This document shows positions 45,656-49,817 of a DNA stretch of 49,817 nucleotides, in pieces. Position numbers and translations under genes: made by a program. The notes beneath the pieces are model-generated. The model made no database searches and was not told the DNA's origin. It was given only the letters and a program-made list of their open reading frames with translations. The stretch comes from Candidatus Eiseniibacteriota bacterium (GTDB lineage: Bacteria; Eisenbacteria; RBG-16-71-46; JABDJR01; JAWXBZ01): the NCBI GenBank assembly GCA_034440375.1, contig JAWXBZ010000030.1, positions 1-49,817 of the forward strand, read 5' to 3'. Positions within the stretch are counted from its first letter, which is position 1; each line of letters begins with the position of its first letter.

Positions 45656-46438
45656 TTACTTCGAGGCCGTGGGGGACGGCAGCGTGGTGCCCCGCAGCGT
45701 CATGTAAAGAAGCCATCCGCCGGGAATCAGGACCATGACAAGCGTGATCCACTTCGCAACGACGCCCTGCTCGACCCAGGGCTCGGTGGCCACATGGATC
45801 TGCTCGGCGAAGGGAATGACACCCGCCTCGGACAATTCGTGGACACCGGACAGAGTGAGCTGCGCCACGAATACCAGCAGGAAAACGCCGGTGACCTGGA
45901 AAAAAGTCTTCAGGTTCATCTGCCGGCTGTTCCGAATCCACAAAACGCCGATTCCGGCCGACAGGGCCAGCCCGAGCAGCGCTCCGATCAACGCCGCCTG
46001 CTGGTTGGTGGTGCGCACGAGGCTGGCGATCAGGAGTCCGGCCTCGGCACCCTCGCGGGCAATCAGGAGGAACGCCGCAGTGAACACGCCGGCGGCGGCC
46101 AAGAGGCTGGGCCTCTGGTCATGGGGCTGGCTGGCTTCCTCGAGCTGGTTCTCGATATCACGGCGAAGGTTCTTTCCGGTCTTCCACATCCAGACGACCA
46201 TCGTGCCGGTGAGTGCGGCCGCGATCAGGCAGACGACCCCTTCCTGCAACGAACTCTCGCCGAATCGCGACAGGAGCCAGGTGCCGAACACGGAGGCCAG
46301 CAGGGCGGCGGCGATGCCGCTCCAGGCCGCCGGGAGGAGCCCCTTTCGGCCTGTCTTCATCAGGTAAGTGACGATGATGGCCACGACGATGAACGATTCG
46401 ACGCCTTCGCGGAGCAGGATGGTGAACGCTTGAAACAC
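45656..46438 (-). CDS. FTR1/EfeU-family iron permease
   Basis: Two REGxE motifs (LREGVE, AREGAE), multiple TM helices, GVHELSEAG. Confidence 0.93.
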   Translation of the reverse strand: MFQAFTILLREGVESFIVVAIIVTYLMKTGRKGLLPAAWSGIAAALLASVFGTWLLSRFGESSLQEGVVCLIAAALTGTMVVWMWKTGKNLRRDIENQLEEASQPHDQRPSLLAAAGVFTAAFLLIAREGAEAGLLIASLVRTTNQQAALIGALLGLALSAGIGVLWIRNSRQMNLKTFFQVTGVFLLVFVAQLTLSGVHELSEAGVIPFAEQIHVATEPWVEQGVVAKWITLVMVLIPGGWLLYMTLRGTTLPSPTASK

Positions 46439-46480
46439 TCAGTTCCTCACAGTCATGGGAGTCGCTCGATGGGTCACGGT

Positions 46481-47011
46481 CTAGTGCGCCGCGTGCCCCA
46501 GGATACATTCGTGGAATTCGGAACAGACATCGCAGCGCGACAGGCCCGGACAGGTGTCGTTCAGGTTGGCCACGACCGTCCGAACGCGTTCGGTGCGATC
46601 CGGATCGGACAGCAGGTAACGGAGCAGGCGAAACAGGCGCGTCCCCGATTCGGAACTCAACAGGTGCTCGGTCTTGCAGGCCTCATCCTCCGCCACCTGC
46701 GGGTCGATCATCAGGACATCCCGCAGGAATCGGATCAGGAGCCGTCGATTGATGAGAATCGTCTGCACCAGCTCCTGTCCGTGATCGGTCAACTTGAGAA
46801 AGTGTCTTTCATCCTCCTCGACCAGCCCCTTTGTCCGCAGCCCGCTGATGGCCACGGAGGCCGAGGCCCTTGTTATGTCGAGGTATTCGGCCACGTCGGT
46901 GGCTCGGGCATAGCCGCGGCTGGAAAGGAGATCGCGGATGGCCATGAGGTAGTGAGCCATACTGTGCGTCACTTCGTTCTTTTCGAACGATTTCCAGCTG
47001 TCAATTCCCAT
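46481..47011 (-). CDS. DtxR/MntR-family metal-dependent transcriptional regulator with Cys-rich tail
   Basis: HSMAHYLMAI, ARATDVAEYLDITRASAS HTH, AEDEACKTEHLLS. Confidence 0.92.
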   Translation of the reverse strand: MGIDSWKSFEKNEVTHSMAHYLMAIRDLLSSRGYARATDVAEYLDITRASASVAISGLRTKGLVEEDERHFLKLTDHGQELVQTILINRRLLIRFLRDVLMIDPQVAEDEACKTEHLLSSESGTRLFRLLRYLLSDPDRTERVRTVVANLNDTCPGLSRCDVCSEFHECILGHAAH

Positions 47012-47040
47012 GCGCCCCTCAGTCTGGGCCGAGTCGGCCC

Positions 47041-47074
47041 GCAGGTAACCTTAACGGCTGTTAAAGATGCCTAA
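47041..47074. promoter_or_regulatory. Putative DtxR/MntR-type operator array
   Basis: Overlapping 14-mers at 10-bp spacing: GCAGGTAACCTTAA, TTAACGGCTGTTAA, TTAAAGATGCCTAA, resembling TTAGG-N4-CCTAA. Minus-strand TTGACG at 47093-47088. Confidence 0.5.
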
Positions 47075-47121
47075 CGGATGTTGGGTTCGTCAAGCAGAAA
47101 TCGTTTCATTTTTATAACCTG

Positions 47122-49715
47122 TTACAAACGAATAAGATACTGGGTCAACACCGCGCTCTCCCGTTGCTTCAACGCACGAAGGATCGCCTGGTCCGCCCTC
47201 GCCCGGGCAAGTTCGGTGGTCGTTCCGGGGGCCTGATGGGCCGGGTCGCCGAAGAAAGCGTCGAGGGCGGCCTGCCGTTCAAGGGAAGGTCCGGCCAGGG
47301 ATCGGGCCAGGAACGGGAAGCGGATCGGATCCATCTTGGCCACCACCCGGGCGTAGTCCGCAACCAGCCAGTCAAAAACGAGGTCCCGGCCCGGCTCATG
47401 ATTGGCCACCTCGCCGATGAGGGGAAGAAATTCAGTTGGACGGATGGCCGGATCGAAGAGAAAGTCGAGACTCTTCCGGGCGAGTTCCGGATCACGGAAG
47501 GCACCGAGCGTTGTGAGCAGGAGTCGACGATCAGCCGGGCGACTCGTTTCGGCGAAGCGCCGACGAACACGTTCCCAGAGGGCCGCATCACCCGTCATCG
47601 CCGCAACCCGGAAAGCCTCGGGGCGAAGCGTGGGATCGACCGTCGTATCGTCAGCCAGCCATGACTTGAGCAGGCGGCGTGATTCGGAAAACACCTCCTC
47701 ATCGCGACCGGAACGCCCGAGAAGATGCACGAGTTTCGGTCGAAGAAACGAGACTCCCGGTGATTCGTCGGGCCGGGGCACGAGCCCGATGCGATCGAGA
47801 ACCGGACGAAAGGTCCGCCCAATCCAGCCGGCAAGCGCGGCGGTGCCGGCCGGCTCGATCAGCAGTTCCAGGTTGCCGGTCATGTTGTCGATGACCGTGG
47901 CGACCACCATGGGCTCCGGGTCGTGGGCCAATCGCTCTTGAAGGCTAAGCCAGACCGCGCTGTTGATCAGGCCCCCTTCCATGAGGCCGGTCACGTTACC
48001 CGAGATCTCGGCCCGCTCGATCGGCAAGAGCCAGACCGCCGCACTGTCGGCCAGCGTCACCATCGCTTCGGCCGGGATGAACCAGCGGTAGTAACCGACG
48101 GCGCCGCGGTTGGGATAGATCCAGGCCGGGGCGCGCCCGGGAGTCATCTGGTGGAGCAGCTCGCGGCCATTGAACAACAAGGTGGAGCGGACCGTCGTGT
48201 CGCCCCAACCCGCCGCAAGGCCCAGTGGCACCGACCAGCCATCGCTGGAAGTCCCGTCGCCGCCCGGCTGGTAGCGCTTCTGGTTCAGCTCAAGACGTCC
48301 GCCTGGCAGGGCCCGGACGCGCACGATCGGATAACCCGGATTGTCGAGAAACGACGGGAGGGCAGCGGCCACATCCAGTCCAGACGCAAGAGACAAGGCA
48401 TTCCAGAGGTCGGCGGCTTCGGCGTTTCCCCAGGCATGGTCGGCCAGGTACTGATTCACTCCATTCCGAAAGGCTTCCGGTCCAATCCATCCCTCGAACA
48501 TGCTGAGGATCCGCTTTCCCTTGGCGTAGACCAGCCCGACATTGCCCAGGAGATCATGTGTATTGGAAACCGGCTGACGGATTGCCGGCGAGCCCGGACG
48601 CGCATCCGTGCTCAAGAAGGATTGCGTGGCGGCGAGTTCCGTGATTAGCGATTGGAACTCGGGGTAGAGCTGATGGGTGATCCGATCCCCCATCCAGACG
48701 GCAAAGGATTCATTCAGCCAGAGGTCGTCCCACCAGGTCATCGTGACGTAGTCGCCGAACCAGAGGTGGGCCACCTCGTGAGCGATCAGCGAGGTCAGAT
48801 TCCGCCGCTGCGCCCGCCCCGCCGTGGCCGCATCCTGAATCAGGTGCCGATCGGCAAAGAGAATGGCGCCCGGATTTTCCATCGCTCCGGGCCAGAATTC
48901 CGGCGCCGCGACCAGGTCCAGCTTCTCGTAAGGCACCTTCGTTCCGAACCACTCCTCGAGGGCCGCAACAATCGGCGGCACCAGCTCGACCGCCAGGCTC
49001 ACATGTCCCGACTGCCCCCGTGCCGTCACAATTCGAACCGGAAGCGACACCCCGGGCACATCGACAAACTCGAACGGCCCCACCGCGATGGCCACGAGAT
49101 ACGACGACATCGGCGGTGTCTTTTTGAACACGAGGCGCTGCCACCCATCACGCAGAGTCCGACTCTCCCTGGGGCATTGGTCACCGCCGACAGACTGTCC
49201 GGAATCTCCAGCGTGAACCGCCAGGGAATCTTGAACCCCGGCTCATCGAAACAGGGAAACGCCAACCGACAATCATCCGGCTCCATCTGCGTCAACGCAT
49301 ACCAATCCCCCACCGCCTTCGCGTGATAGAGGCCTATTGCATGCGTGTCAAAGACGTTGGTGAACTCAAGGCCGAGGACGGCAGGGCCCGGGACGAGCGG
49401 CCGCGAACACGTGATAGTGACCTGCTCATCAGCATCCGCCGAATCAACCGTGGCCGGCACCAGCCCCATCGAGTCACGCAAGATCACCGTGCCGATCCGA
49501 GCCGTCGTGGCATGCAGCCGGAACGACGTGACCGGCTCCCGGATGGCAAGGTCCATGCGAACCGAACCCGAGAATTCCGGCCGCGCCGGATCCAGCCTGA
49601 GGAAAACTTCCTGGTAAGTAGGCGCTACCGTGTCACCCAGGCGCCGGATCTCAGCCCCAGCCTTGCCACAACAAGTCAAAAGGGCCGCGACAGCGGCCCA
49701 CCAGACCACTCGCAC
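47122..49715 (-). pseudogene. M1-family aminopeptidase (ERAP1-like C-terminus) split by one frameshift near 49171; pseudogene or sequencing error
   Basis: N-part: signal peptide, TQMEPDDCRLAFPCFDEPGFK, AVTNAP. C-part in another frame: FKKTPPMSSYLVA, GAMEN, HEVAHLWFG...WLNE, VYAKG. GTG 49715 behind GGGGGA. Confidence 0.85.
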
Positions 49716-49736
49716 CAGAAGTCCCCCAGAAATAAT

Positions 49737-49814
49737 TGGTGCCCCCGAGAGGGATCGAACCTCCGACAAACGGTTTAGGAAACCGCTGCTCTATCCATAC
49801 TGAGCTACGGGGGC
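49737..49814 (-). tRNA. tRNA-Arg(CCT)
   Basis: GCCCCCG TA GCTC AGTATGGATA GAGC A GCGGT TTCCTAA ACCGT TTGTC GGAGG TTCGATC CCTCT CGGGGGC A CCA: full cloverleaf with encoded CCA. Confidence 0.97.
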
Positions 49815-49817
49815 ACA

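Noticed and set aside
49737-49814. tRNA as integration site of a genomic island
   Set aside because: No integrase, transposase or duplicated tRNA 3' end seen in the window.
1-49817. CRISPR array, rRNA, IS/prophage or defence genes
   Set aside because: No regularly spaced repeats, rRNA-like sequence or mobile/defence protein motifs recognised.

Overview
GC-rich bacterial window, probably from an FCB-superphylum lineage. That is an inference from T9SS-type C-terminal domains, a PorV-like barrel and a Bacteroidota-style TonB cluster. From left to right: (1) a 5'-truncated secreted lamin-tail-like/OB-fold protein with a T9SS-type C-terminal domain (CTD); (2) a minus-strand PBP-TPR-exbB-exbD-exbD-tonB cluster; (3) a ~26-kb predicted beta-1,2-glucan utilisation locus with two GH144-type glucanases, a sugar ABC transporter lacking its ATPase, an uncharacterised discoidin/(alpha/alpha)6 protein, a cupin, GH1, a stand-alone GH94, LacI with a palindromic operator, a tandem CBM9-like protein, and a TonB-dependent receptor followed by a 1095-aa CTD cargo and a PorV-like gene instead of susD; (4) a nucleoside salvage operon (hpt, deaminase, udk, PNP); (5) three secreted proteins sharing a short C-terminal TWSxIK tail; (6) a sugar-phosphate-utilisation (SPU)-type bacterial microcompartment (BMC) locus with rpiB-like, deoC, BMC-T, BMC-H, three BMC-P and an acylating aldehyde dehydrogenase, downstream of DtxR-like, FTR1 and CDF metal genes; (7) a frameshifted M1 aminopeptidase and tRNA-Arg(CCT). 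The best novelty candidates are the TWSxIK tail (it replaces a T9SS CTD on a paralogous domain), the SusD-less TBDR/cargo/PorV triad, and a BMC whose DeoC carries a CX2CX2CX3C motif and whose RpiB lacks the catalytic Cys. All family calls come from motif recognition by eye; no searches were run.
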